A stretch of DNA of 64,000 nt from Chrysomallon squamiferum (lineage: Eukaryota > Animalia > Mollusca), in the NCBI GenBank assembly GCA_012295275.1, contig CM022670.1:24490001-24554000 (forward strand). The letters run 5' to 3'. The first letter of the stretch is position 1; every line of letters begins with the position of its first letter. Below the pieces are notes generated by a model. That model had not been told where the DNA came from and searched no databases. It saw only the letters and a list, made by a program, of their open reading frames with translations. Position numbers and translations under genes: made by a program. Shown here piece by piece: positions 28,123 through 42,491 of the stretch.

Positions 28123-29915
28123 TTTACCCAGTCATATTCGGTTCAGTTCATCAAAGCCGATTAATCAGCGCGTAATAACTCGATCATGCAGAATATAACA
28201 AGACAAATGCAGGAAGGTTATTTCAGAGGTATTTCAGTCGCGGTTACCAGATAATGGACAACTGCTAGAAGTGCCAGAAAACCCGTGTCATGAAAGCTTA
28301 GAGCTTCCTTTCTTTTTTTTTTTTTTTAAATTATGTATGGAACTGTCAATAACTGGTTTGAACGCGAGGTGATAGTGGTCGTTTGGGTTACGCGAAGTGT
28401 CAACAAAGCAGATAATACGTTTTTGGAAAAAGTGAAGCAGAAAAAAATAATTAATGATCGTCTGAATTCTTATTTCATTTTGACGTTAAATTTTAAGGAT
28501 GGATAAGAATAGATTTTATTTCTTTCAGTCTTGCTTTTCAATTATGTCTTTTATTCGGTCTTGCATAATTCCTATTTTTCTTTCTCTCTTTCGTTTCATT
28601 CCTTTTCTGCCTTTCTTTCATTTTTTTTTTTCTAACTTTTTATCATTCTTTGTGCCACATTCATTCGGGGAAAGAAAAAAAAAAAAAAAACAATTATACT
28701 TTCATTTTAATCTTCGTTTTTTTTATTTGTACCATACTTTCATTCATTCATTCATTTATTATTCCTTTCTAAATTCTTATTTCTATATTACGTTCAAAAT
28801 CTGGAACAATCAAGAAATTAATGTACGCTTGATAAGATATTCACACGAAAGAGTGAACTATTTAAAAAATAATAAAAAATGTAATCACGTGACTACAGAC
28901 GCAGATGAAAGAAAGTATAATGAGTTTGCGCTATCAGGATAATTTACTGATTTAACTTGAACTAGTCAGATGTTAAGACTTTTTAACATGGAATATATGA
29001 TTCATGTCTGATCTAATGTAGCATAAAAAGTGAAGTAATGATAAAATTAAAAGTAGATTCTTCATAAAATACGAGAGATGGATCAAGATTAAATATGAGA
29101 TTAAATGTTGCTATGCAAGTACTGCTGCTGCTGACGGTGTCATAACTACAACAACAACATATAGCAGTAATACTGCAACTACTACAGTTACTTAAGAGTA
29201 ATTACAATAATTACTACTACTACTATTTCTACTACCACTACTACTACTACTACTATTACTCCTGCTACTACTGCTACATAAATAAATAAATAAATAAATA
29301 AAATATTTTATAATCAAATACAAGATAAATATATTTTATAAATCACTTAAAACAGTCGTATAAAATCACTTTTTTGCGATGTCTACAAAAAAATCCAGTT
29401 TAGAGATAACAAATTTTCCCTTTCGTGCTCGGTTTGATATCGGCTGTTTAAGGGCGCTTTAAAATATCTCTTTCAAATACTTAAAAGGTTTCCATGGTGG
29501 CAAATAAGACGCGAATCTAACTCGCAATAAACTAAAATCATTGCTTCTGACCTTCTGTAGGGAAATAGAGAATCTTTTGACAATCTTCGCGCGTACACTG
29601 AACAAATATCAAAGGAATGCTGTGTGTATTGGCTGTGTGTATTGGCTGTTTGTATTTTTAATGTCTTCTTCCCTTTGTCATCTTGGTTATATATTTTACA
29701 GAATAAACTATATGTAATTTAAGAGTTTATCTGGGGTTTTAAAATATGCCAATAATTAGGTTCGAATGCACGTTCTAAAGTAATATGATGAGAAATACAC
29801 TTACATATACGCCTGCATACATACATACATTCACACACATATTCATAAATACATAGATACTTACATATTCATACATACGTCCATACATACATACATACAT
29901 ACATACATACATACA

Positions 29916-29990
<75 letters not shown>

Positions 29991-30329
29991 CCGTACAGTA
30001 TAAATATCAAGCAAATGTGGAACTACAGGCAAACGGACATGTACAAACACCTCAAATGAAAATAAGGAGTAATTTGATTTAAAAAAACACACGTATAATA
30101 ATATTTTTCATGAACTAACAGAAATATTCAAAACGTTAAATATTAAAGAAAACAGTATGTTTTCCGTCACTAGTTTCTACAATGAAATATAATGAGTTCA
30201 TAAATATTGAATAAAATCCTGAACATTAACAAAAATATTTATTGATATTTCACTTTCTTTCGCTTTTATCTCCATTAGTTTCATTATAAAAATAATTGGA
30301 AAAATGAAGAAAAAATATAATAATAAAAA

Positions 30330-30332
<3 letters not shown>

Positions 30333-30393
<61 letters not shown>

Positions 30394-30415
30394 TATTATT
30401 ATTATTATTATTATA
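30333..30415. repeat. (AAT)n abutting (ATT)n
   Basis: Direct reading. Confidence 0.9.
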
Positions 30416-30975
30416 ATAAAAATAAATAAATAAAACGAAAAACGTTAGAGAGACAAAAAAAGAGAAACATTATCATCCATAAGGAAGCAAACATTAAAAT
30501 ACCAAGATCTTCAATGCTAATTTAATAACGAATTCAGTCTTTCTTTTTCTAGCACACACACGCACACGCACACACATTCACTTTATTGTTCAAGGAACCT
30601 TTTACAATTATTAATAATCTGCTGCAAAGTTAATAATAATAGCCCCCAAAAACCCTAACAAGAAAACAACACAAAACCCCCACCACAAACATACAAGAAC
30701 AAAAGAAATAAATAAACTAGAATAAATAAATGTAAAGTAAATAAATGAATGAATGAATGAATAAATAAATAAATAAATAAAATGACGCAAAATGAAAACA
30801 AAACAATAACAGATATAACCATTCATAGATACAAAACAGTATGACAAACAATTAAAAATGAAATCCTTGAAAATATGTAAAAATTAGAACCGTAACAGTA
30901 ACAGCAACAATAACAACGACAACAAACGGTAACAGTTATTACAACAGCAACAACAGCGTTGATAATAATAACAAC

Positions 30976-31006
<31 letters not shown>

Positions 31007-31300
31007 TTTGAGATTATGGGAAGTTAATGCCGTTATCCCTTTCATTGTATTATCTGAAAATTAGTTTTCAGTGATGACGCAAATAGTAGCATGTTTTGCA
31101 CACGAATCATTATTAGTATCTCTCTCCTAAGATTATATGGACATAATTAAACAGTTTATTTCCAAATGTTTTTTTTTTTTTTTTTTTCTAGCCAATGTAA
31201 ACTCGTCTTGGCTGTACACATGTGCCTCCTGGATTAAGAAATGCAGATTAATCTGACACACACAACTGAAACTACTCTAAACTGAATTGAAAAAACTTAC

Positions 31301-31588
31301 CACTTTTACAGCTTTCAAAGAGATACATTCACCGATTCTTACACTAGGGACAAGAGATGTGCTGTTGGCGTTGATCTGCGGCGCCGGTTCCACATTGAGA
31401 GATTTCGATGACGTAGGGTGGTCCTGTGATGAGCAAAACTTTCCTGCCAAATTCGAATCCGATTTAAACACCGGAAGTGTCATCGGCGGGTTTAGAACTG
31501 GCGCCGAACATCTTCGCGTCGTCTGTTTGTAGTTGGACGACTGCCGACGTCTGTTCTTCCTGATAGTAGTAGGTTTCCGAGACAACAT
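31301..31588 (-). CDS. Putative variable first coding exon E (96 aa, MLSRKPTTIRKNRRR...RRCSAP...AVKV)
   Basis: ATG at 31588 (AAAATG), in-frame TAG upstream; donor GTG|GTAAGT at 31301/31300, phase 0; shares RKNR and RRxSAP motifs. Confidence 0.75.
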
Positions 31589-32364
31589 TTTCAAATCTGA
31601 CTCAACAATTTTATTCGGAAAGCCGCACAAAATTCGCGTAACTAACTACACGACATCGCAAAGACAGGAGGAAAATACTAAGAACAAAAAGAAGAAGAAA
31701 AATCATTTCGAAAAATCAAAAGGACGAAACCAAAATAGCCAATCGATTGGAAATAGAAAAATCCACACCAAAATAACTGTACTGAGTCCCTGTTTCCACA
31801 TTTAACGACGACACTCCTTGAATATCAAACGAAATAAATTTCCCAAAACAAGAACGAGCTGATAAATATACTTGGAAAGTTGCACACGACGTTTGCCCAC
31901 GCCTGACAGCGACTGACGAGCTGTGGTGATACACACGTTACTGCGGTAGATTAAAATTCTGTCCCCAGTTTCCCCAGGCACTGTGTTTAATAACAGCATA
32001 CCTACATACGACAGGCAGGATAAAAAAAAATAAATAAATAAACGTCGATTTTTCACTCGTGTCTAATTTTGTCAGCACAATAAATGAGAACCACGTGGGT
32101 CGTAAAAAAAAACCTCGCTGTCTACTATGTAATGAAAGGAATTTACTAGTTTACTCTTTGTATTCAGTCTCTAATAGTAACCTCGCCAGAAGCAGACGAC
32201 CTTCCCATCTTCTTCACAGTGGCGGTTTGATTTTTAAATTGAACGACTGCATTCGCGAAACAGTCATCTGTTGACAGACAATGACAAAATATAAAACTGT
32301 AATCGATTTTTCTTCATTAGTTAAAAGCGATTATTTTGTTTCATAAATAATAATAATAATAATA

Positions 32365-32421
<57 letters not shown>

Positions 32422-34271
32422 TACAAATAAACATACGTAACATCCAGGCAGTGAAAAGCCACTTAACCTTCTGGAAATGAAAATCAAAGTATCTGTTTTA
32501 GCAATCATATCGTGAACCAAAGAAAGACCTTTTCGTGTCCGTATACGTCCACAAAAATTAAATATTTCTTTCGGAAGCAGTCACTTCCATTATACTCGTC
32601 CGCTTGAGTTCTGTGATTACCTGCGGCGAGCAGTTTGACAACTCGTTAAGACAATCAATTACTTACACTGCCAAGAAAATACAGTCTTAAGAGGATTCCA
32701 AGACATTCTCGTGAAATGCATTTTGTGTGTTCCGTTAGTTAAGGTGCGGTTGTTGTGATATTTATAATGTTAATTGACTTATGTACGTACACTTGACTTA
32801 TATATTATATACAGACATAGACAAATACATGCACGCATACATAAATACATACATGCATACATACATACATACATACACACAGACATATATACTTGTGTAT
32901 ATAAATAACGATAGACTAATAAAGAGAATGGGAATGACGGAAGGTAAGAAAAAGAACGATAACTGAAAAAAATCACTGCAACATAAGAAATTAAAAATGA
33001 TATTGCTACATTATTTAAATGTGTGAATTATCAAACGTCGAGCATAATCTCAAATTTTTTCCTATCTAGAACAAGATTTTTTTTTTTTTTTCTTGTCCAA
33101 AGCGAATTGCGACAGGAACAGCTTGACAAACGACAAATGACAATGATGGGCTGAGGATTATCTGATCGTAACCTCGTTTGCCTATTTCACTTGGTCTTGC
33201 CGTCTGCCATTCTGTGTCATTACGACTGGCAAGTAGAACATTACATGTGTATATGCAACTGGCTATAGTGAATCAATTATTTCGCTGACTGCGTAGATTC
33301 ATCAGATCACGAAGTGCAAAATCGCAATTTTCGTCTTGCACGCTATGACGGCCAATGTAACGTTTGCCCGGCTTCAATTATTGTCTCCATAGGCTCGCTT
33401 TAGTTTCAGTGGTGAAAAGAACACAGCGGGGAAGAACAGATCATTAAGGATTTTTATTTAAAAAAACCTACAGTGCTGTCATCTTTGACGTGGGCAAAAG
33501 AATTTTAAAACAAACATGAAAACTAGCATGACGAATCAAATAAACAGCAGCAACAACAACGCCAATAAAGAGATCTATTTAACAAAGTAATAAAAATGAA
33601 ATGAAATAATGTAAAATGCAACTGAAGAGAAAAAACAAAAAACAAACAAAAAAAACAACAAACATTTTTGACATTCAATCAATTATTTTCTAGTAAAAGA
33701 GAATATAAAAACAAAAACTGAAACAGAGTAAAGAAAGAACAATAATCCCTTTCTGAAACATAGAAACAAACAACCAGCCGGCCGACCGACCAACCAAAGA
33801 ACAAAACAAACAACAAACAACAACAACAAAAAAAAGGTTCGATTAAACTTCAGACAACCATTTGTATAAATGAACTGGAAAATGTCAAGCTGGGCTTATT
33901 TTATTGTTACCATTTACTGGACAGAAATGAATGACGGAATGTTTGTTTTCAGTGACATTTTAGCAGGTATTAGATTTTAAATGACCAAGAACTAATCTAG
34001 GCTTTCGCTATATCACAAAAGCAAAAAAAAAGGTATTTTCACTTGTCTGAGAATAATCAAGAGGTACTACCATACATTTATCAAGCATACTTTATATACA
34101 TGTAGCTTAAAATGGTATGTATCAAATAAACTTCGAATCACTCACAGAGAAAATAAACAGATAATAAGCAAATCTGTGAATAGGTAAATTTAAGTGCTTG
34201 AATGAATAATAACGTAATTCCTAAAAGCCAAGAGCCTCCATTTACCTTTCCATTTCTGTTACCTTAAGAAA

Positions 34272-34272
<1 letters not shown>

Positions 34273-34341
<69 letters not shown>

Positions 34342-34345
34342 TTAC
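34273..34345. repeat. (ACT)n microsatellite
   Basis: Direct reading. Confidence 0.95.
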
Positions 34346-35581
34346 TACAACTTCTTCTGCTTCTGCTTCTTGTTTTTACTGCTACTATTAGTGATGATGA
34401 TGATGATGATAATGATAATAGTAACAACGACATGGAAATAATAATATCATCTCAATACTAACAACACTATGTGTTAATGAACAAAAAGTATACACTTCTT
34501 TCAATACCGTTCACTGCTTAACAGACAGATACGACAACTGCAGGGGAAAATGGCCATTAAAAATATATATGTGTATACAGTTAGTGCTATGTGTCCACAG
34601 CCGTCGACCACAAACAAGTTTATTGCTTCAGTCTCTTGAGAATAAATCGGAAATAAAAAAACTATAAAACAGACAAAACGGCTTATTTGTTTAATAGGAA
34701 CGTTCATATACCTAATGGAGTCACTCTACATGGGTTATTTTTCCTAAATATAAATATATATGTGGCATAAGTGTCTGCCGTATGTGAGTTTCCCCTTAAT
34801 TCTTTCCATCATTTGTTATATATATATATTTTAAATTTCTTCCTAAAAAAATAAACCCCAGAAAAACAAAACTGAAAAGGGATTACATTAGATTTTTCGT
34901 TGACAGAATAGTTAATGCTTTTCCATTCAAGGGTGTCAAGCTGCAGAATATCGTCAAGCAAAATTCTTTTTATAATGATTCAGGATTAGTGTAGAATGAA
35001 AGACAAAAATAAAAAAATTTGACATCTAGCACGAATAATAAAAAATACTCTCAGATATACATTATTCACAAGTAATTATAAAAAGATGAATATCTCTGAG
35101 TAATTATGCACATACATCTGTAAACACACACAATCACACTAACATATACGCACACACATACACCCATGCATACGTACCTACACACATACATACATACATG
35201 CTTACACACACACACACACAAACACATACATATATATATATACATGCGTACAAAATAATGCAGATGACTAATCAGAAGAAGATAATATATTATATATCTA
35301 GGAAACGATACACCTTTAGACACGTATTTATTAATTGACACTGAAAACTGCTAAATGTCGTACTTTTATGTATTATTCATGTTATCACGGTCAGATGCCA
35401 ATCTATCTGACGCGACATGATGATAAATGAGTATGGTAACAGTTTTGAAATTCTGCTCTGGTTTTTGAAATTTGTAGATGTATGTGACTTCCAGAAATGA
35501 AATTATAAATATAAATTGATTATTTAATATATAATTTAGATTTATTACAGAGACTATGATCATCTTAGTTTTGTTGTTATT

Positions 35582-35685
<104 letters not shown>

Positions 35686-36260
35686 CCCCATAGAAATCAA
35701 ATTTAAAAAAAGAAGAAAGAAAAGAAGGATAAACCTTTAACCCCATCTTTCATATTTAATACCGAGCAGACCTCCAAGGCCAGCTATTTGGTGAATGAAA
35801 ATTGTTTCTAAATCAATATCTAATCACATTTTCTTCGTTTGGCGCTCGTCTTCAACACTGCTTCAACAGATCCATCTAAATGACAAACCGCTACATCCTT
35901 TTTAACGATGTCGACAGCGTGCACGTCATCACGGTGACGCCAATTACCAGACAATTTGTCCTCGAGTGAAACTGCTCATTTAGTACTAACTAGGTATGCC
36001 GTTGTCATCATTGCTATGCAACTGCACGGCCATGTAATCGAAAGATGGAAAAAAATAATGTAAAAAGGCAACTGAAATTGCTATGTTAAAGGCAAGAGAA
36101 TGGATGTTCTAAAAACAGCGAAATAGTCTTGACAAGATTATTTGCTTTTTTTCTGATGCACTTCATAATGTCTGACATTAAAATAATTTGAATCGTTGAA
36201 ATATTTAAAATCTATTCAGCCTCTTATGCAATATTGGATATTTATATTTTTACTACTACT

Positions 36261-36319
<59 letters not shown>

Positions 36320-36478
36320 ATATACTTATATAACGGACAGTTGTATTGTGCACGATTAAATAACGGCCATAGTCTAGCAAACTGAATTGAAATCGATATA
36401 ACTAATTAAATTTGAACAAAGTATGAACAAAGCAATAAAATCCCATGTAGCAAAATGTTTTTTTAATTTTATAATAAC

Positions 36479-36580
<102 letters not shown>

Positions 36581-38761
36581 ATAAAAATAATAAGAAGAAT
36601 TAAAAAAAAAAAAATGAAAAAATGAAAACATTAACGAACAAAAACCTTCCAGCTGTTATTTGATTTACATAACAAAATATACTTAGTTACCTTACAATGT
36701 TTAATTTAGTTCACATTTAAAAGCTAAACAATATTATTTACTCGCTTTGATCTGTGTATGTAAACAAAAATATCGCTGAAATATTCTACCAGGTTCGTTA
36801 TAACCAAATACAACCGGAGGATATTTTCACTACAGAGTATGTTCTAAATATATTAGACTTGTGTTTATTTAAAAAAAAAAAAAAAAAAGTAATCGATGAT
36901 ATTAACATCGTCATGTAAGTGGAAGATGAGTACTAATTCAGAATTAATACAATAAGAGAATCAGGTTACTGTTTTTATTTTTGGACTGTACTGAAAGATA
37001 CCTTATAAAACTTATGGTTGTTTTCCAATACATACGATAATTTTGTCAAAATTCGGATTATATGTATGTCTTTGTTTGTGTTTTGGGTACATATGCGTGT
37101 GTGTGTGTGCGTGTGTGCGTGGGTGTATGTATATGTATGCATATATATATGTATGTATGTATGTATATATATATATATGTACGTGAGTTTATATTTACTA
37201 CAGTTTTATAAATACTGTTACAAGTGGTTTTGTATTCTTCCTTCAGACATTCGCACGATTTTATAATCGTTTGATTTAGTTGCAAAATGACATCATTTGA
37301 TTATATCAATTTAAGATAAAATCAGATAGATTACTGATTTTTGGTTAGTACTCTGAATCTGTTCGGAAACTAAAATAATTATGGAGAAGAAAAGTACTAT
37401 TGAAAAAGATTTGTTTAGGAAAAGATTGACATTTTAGTAAAACTGTAATGATGATTCGTGTGTGTGTATGTGTGTGCGTGCAGGCATGCATGTGTATGTT
37501 TGTGTAACGAATCTTAATTTAAAACACCATCATTAAAAAGTGGCAAACACCCACATCCACTCAATTCCAAGGCGCTACAGCTTTGATATTTCTACATCAT
37601 CTTGCGAAATAAAAGTTTATAACAAAGACAATCACTTTAAAAAAACGTTGAGACAGCTAGGATTAAAAGGAAATCGATTTACGAAATAGAAGAATCAAAC
37701 AATTAAGCGAAATAACTCTTCTTAACTCTAAAAGGTGCCTTCTCTGTAATAAAACGTATCAACTTTTCTCATGCAATTTAGTCTGTAAGAAAGGATTAAT
37801 GGCAAAGACATTCGTCTTATGATTCACTCTTTCTGCAAGAACTGCTAAATGGTGAGAACACACGTTCGTCTTATGACTTCAGAGTTTTAGAAAGCGATTT
37901 AGTTGCATGCTGTATGTGTGGGGGAGATCTCGCATCCACAGCACATTATACTGTAGGCATTCTCGTTATATCTGAGTATTTTCGTATACGTGATAGTTTT
38001 ACATTTGGTGAAGAAGACATAAGGACCTGAATGTTATCGATTTTTCTCTGAAGTTAATTTAAAACAGAAAAATGACAAGCGAAAAAAAAAAAAAAAAAAA
38101 AAAAAAAATAAAATAAAACAATAAATTAATCAAAACGGATTAATAGGCGATGTTCATAAATCTGTGAGCTAAATTATTTAATTTTTATGCTTCTTGTTTT
38201 TCTTTTTTCCCCTTTTTAAAAATTTACTAGTAAAGTAACTTATAGAAAATGTGAGGGCGGATTTTCATTTTCATTTGGATGAAAGTAATCTGCAGAATCA
38301 AATGTTTCATTATAATAAAAGTATCCAAATTTTTAAAAGATAAAACAGTTCCTGTTTGTTGATCTTTCTCTGCATCCACGAATTAAACAAGTACAAGAAT
38401 AAAACCTACAAAGATCACAGGCTAAGAGTGAGAATGCTGCGAAAATGAAATAACCAGAAGCCTGCTTTAGTATTTCTGTAGCAGTGACATTTAAATAAAA
38501 AAATAAACACTATATTTAACATTTGTAGGATACATGTCTTAGTTTTATTAAAAATATTCAGTTCATATTATAATAATAGCAAAAGAAGTTAGGCTTCCAA
38601 AGCACGCACAGAGTAAAATAAAATTAAACGTTGAAGTCGGGTTCTGTTTCTTTCAGTCGTGCTTCTCTTCCCCACCTGAAGCCCAACAAAACAACAACAC
38701 AAAATAAAAACACACAAACTACAAAGTGAAATAAAAAAAAAAATTCTGTTTTTATAAAATA

Positions 38762-38805
<44 letters not shown>

Positions 38806-39254
38806 AACAAACAACAAAAAAAAAAAAAAACCAACGAAACCATAATAACAAAAAGAAAAAAAGCAATTAAAAAAAACGTCCCTTCAACAATGTTCTATTT
38901 ATAAAGGACGGGCAAACAGTTGTCAAAACGCCGTGACAGCCGAGCTCAACGCAGTCTGAAAGGTGATATTTAAGTCGGTGTTTCACTGGAAATAGCCGTA
39001 ATCAGCAGCAATTAGCAGGAAATGCAGCTGACACAAAATGCAGGAAGTCATCTGTATTAGTTAATTGTTGATATCTGTGAAAGTAACAATGCATGATAAA
39101 CTGCACAGTTACACAGTAAAGTGCAGGCGGGTGGTGGGCATATGGGGAGGAGGAGCCAACCACTCAGATACGATGTAAAAAATACCTTAAATATGACATT
39201 ACTGAGAAATTATTAACATACATGCATATATAGATACATATATACATGTATGTA

Positions 39255-39596
39255 CAGGTACCGGACCAATTATCCGGACTCCTTGGGGCCTGAGGCATTC
39301 CGGATTTCTGGATTTTCCGGTTTTCTGGTACCAAAGCATCTAAATACGTAAATAATTAGGCATAAACATTTTAAAATTAAAAACATAAAGAAAACTGACG
39401 ATACACAACTGTGGCAACTCGACACGTTAAACAATGCGGCGAGTGAATGAATGCCACGCGGCTTGAAAGAGTAGTTCCAGTCTGGTGAGTACCAAAACAC
39501 CAGCGCGCGCGAACTATGAAAATAGCGTCTGGAAAAAACTTCCGGTTTTCTAGTCTTTCCGGATTTCAGGACGCCGGAGAATTGGTCCGGTACCTG
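39255..39596. mobile_element. Same MITE family, copy 2
   Basis: Same TIRs and TA flanks; internal sequence nearly identical to 3550-3864 apart from an indel/replacement region near 39450-39515. Confidence 0.85.
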
Positions 39597-39988
39597 TACA
39601 CACCCTCACACCCACACATCCACACCTCCACACACCCACACATCCGCACACCCACACACCCACACCTCCACACATCCACATACGTACATAATAGATAGAT
39701 AGCACATACATAAAATAAAAATTATGTATATGGGAAAATCGTGTTCGTCCTTTTTATAGCCACTTAGATATTTTTATATGTTAATTATAATGTGTGATTT
39801 CATGTACTAGACATTATAAGTAATTTCTATTGCCTTTATAGTTAACAAACATGTATATTATTACATTTACATAAGTAATTCTAGAGGATTTTGTTCAGGT
39901 GTTTTTTTATTTTATTTCTTTTTTTTGTTTTGTTTTTGTTTGAGACTTTATATTATTTATAACAGATTAAGTTGTGTAATTAAGTCTA

Positions 39989-40066
39989 TATAATATAATA
40001 TAATATAATATAATATAATATAATATAATATAATATAATATAATATAATATAATATAATATAATAT
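39989..40066. repeat. (TATAA)n pentanucleotide repeat
   Basis: Direct reading. Confidence 0.95.
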
Positions 40067-41055
40067 GATATTTATTGCATTGGAATGCAATGGAATGCAA
40101 TATAATATTTAATGCGATGGAATGCAATATAGTACAAGATATTAGTATTTTTTTTTATATAAAAAAACCCTAATAACGCTAAAAAAACCTACATAATTTA
40201 AAGCTGTACAAATTTTTCATCTTCTTTCAAGTCTAGGAAATCCTTTTTTCTTGGTCGAATGATGTAAGTCGGATTAAATTCCGTGTGTTTTCTACTTAGC
40301 AGTGACATTTACACAGATGTATTTGTATTTTAACGACATTCAGACATACGACGTAATTACAGATGGGTATTAGCGTTTTTAATGGACTTAGATGCAAGAA
40401 TTGATTAAATATTAAATTCGTTATACTTATTGATAAAGGAATTACGACATGCATAAAAGACCGGGATAAATAATTCAAAGTAGATTTAAAAGTTTATGTT
40501 ACATAGGTACAACAAAGAACTTCTTAAACTTTTTTATAATTTTATTCGGTTAAAGAAAAAAAATTTGGTTTTGTGTGTAATATAATTATTGAAAAAAAAA
40601 GAACAAAAAAAATTATAATGTTGAATCGTGTAACAATAAATATAACATTAAACAAATAAATGAAAACATCTGAAAATGTTCAGAATATATGCACACCTAT
40701 AAAAATGTCCTTAATGTTTATCATTATCATCATTAACACCATTATTATTGTCCTTATAAGTATCATTAGTATCATTATCATCGTCACCTTGAATAAAACA
40801 TGCTAAATGCAAAATGACAGAAATGTTTGAGTGTCGGTATTTGTAATTATTTCAAGCATTTGGTGTAATGAAATGAAACGGAAAAAAAAAAAAACATAAT
40901 AAAGAAAAAGAAATTAAATTAAACAACACACATTAAGTCCTTACTTTTGACACTTCAGTTTTTCCCTCTTGCTGTGTTTTATTTATGAAAAAATCATTTC
41001 GAATGAATTGTATAATACAACAAAATAGATAATGAATAATCAGCACAAAATTATA

Positions 41056-41090
<35 letters not shown>

Positions 41091-41639
41091 CTTTATTTCA
41101 AACAGAAATTGGTAGATATTTGTAGTTAATCGTGTTAACAGCTATTATTATTGTTCTACTTTGTCTGTTAATGCAGAGCTTTTAAAGATCAAACATCACA
41201 TTTAGATGTATGAATCTAAAATGCACGTGAACGTTCCCACAAGCACGTCGGCCACTCCGCACTGACGCAATCATATCACAAAGTAGTTAACTAATAAAAC
41301 ATCCCCAGGGAATAGCAAATGGAACAGATTCATACAGACTGATAGAAAGACGAATGGTTAGACACTAACATGTTTGTTCTTCTACCCTGAAAATTCGTAA
41401 TGCATAGACCTATGTGTATATCAAAGAGACATTTAGGCTTGCACATACGCACACACATACGCACACACATACGCACACACACACATACGCGCACACACCT
41501 TCCCACACACTTATATATTTATTACATATATAGCATTATCTCTTGTACAGTAGATCTTACTTTAAGAGAGGGGGTAAATATTTAAGTAGATATATAATCA
41601 GACAATACTGTATGAAATCAGACATGCAGTACGCATGTC

Positions 41640-42030
41640 TTATACATAAAACAGATTTATGAAATCAGATAGTCAATACTTATGTCTTAGACAGAAACAG
41701 ACAAATGATACCAAAAAAATATCAATACTTGTGTCTTAGATATAGAAAGATATAGCATATCAGATAAATATCAATACTTGTTTTAGATATAAACAGATAT
41801 AGCATATCAGAAAAATATCAATACTTATGTTTTAGATATAAACATACATAGCATATCAGAAAAATATCAATATTTGTGTTTCACATGTAAACAGACCTAT
41901 CATGCCAGAAAAATATCAATATTTTTGTTTCACATGTAAACAGACCTATCATGCCAGAAAAATATCAGTACTTATGCCTTAGATAAAAACACACGTACGT
42001 TTTCGGACATAGCTATATTTTAGAAATAAA
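41640..42030. repeat. 49-bp minisatellite
   Basis: AAAAATATCAATACTTATGTTTTAGATATAAACA...CATATCAG units start at 41811, 41860, 41909, 41958. Confidence 0.85.
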
Positions 42031-42371
42031 CATACGTATGATACAAGAAGCATTTACGTCCATAAAAAATAGGTCTAAACAAATATAGCAGTCTAAGATT
42101 GCAATGGTTAAATGGACTCTGAATTTGACTGATAAACCAGACGTAGGCTTCCTGTGTTCTTTCAGCGGTTAGTACTGGAAACATTAGTTCACATTAGACG
42201 CCGAAGAAGATTGCTTTTGATAGTGGTAATTAGTTTTCTCCATTGGGAACAACAACTTCTGGCAGGTAATTTGAAATACAGATGTATAATGTTTAAGCTG
42301 GGAGATGTTTCTGAAAACTTTAATGATATTACCAGCAGTGTTCACTTGAAATGCAGGCATTGTTTGTTTGT

Positions 42372-42491
42372 GTATGTATGTATGTATGTATGTATGTATG
42401 TATGTATGTATGTATGTATGTATGTATGTATGTATGTATGTATGTATGTATGTATGTATGTATGTGTGTATGTATGTATGTATGTATGTAT
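42372..42491. repeat. (TATG)n microsatellite
   Basis: Direct reading. Confidence 0.95.

Noticed and set aside
710-31588. Assigning a gene name (for example PKC, PDE4, RGK GTPase, HSPB6)
   Set aside because: Only short linear motifs are shared and no folded domain lies in the window, so any symbol would be a guess.
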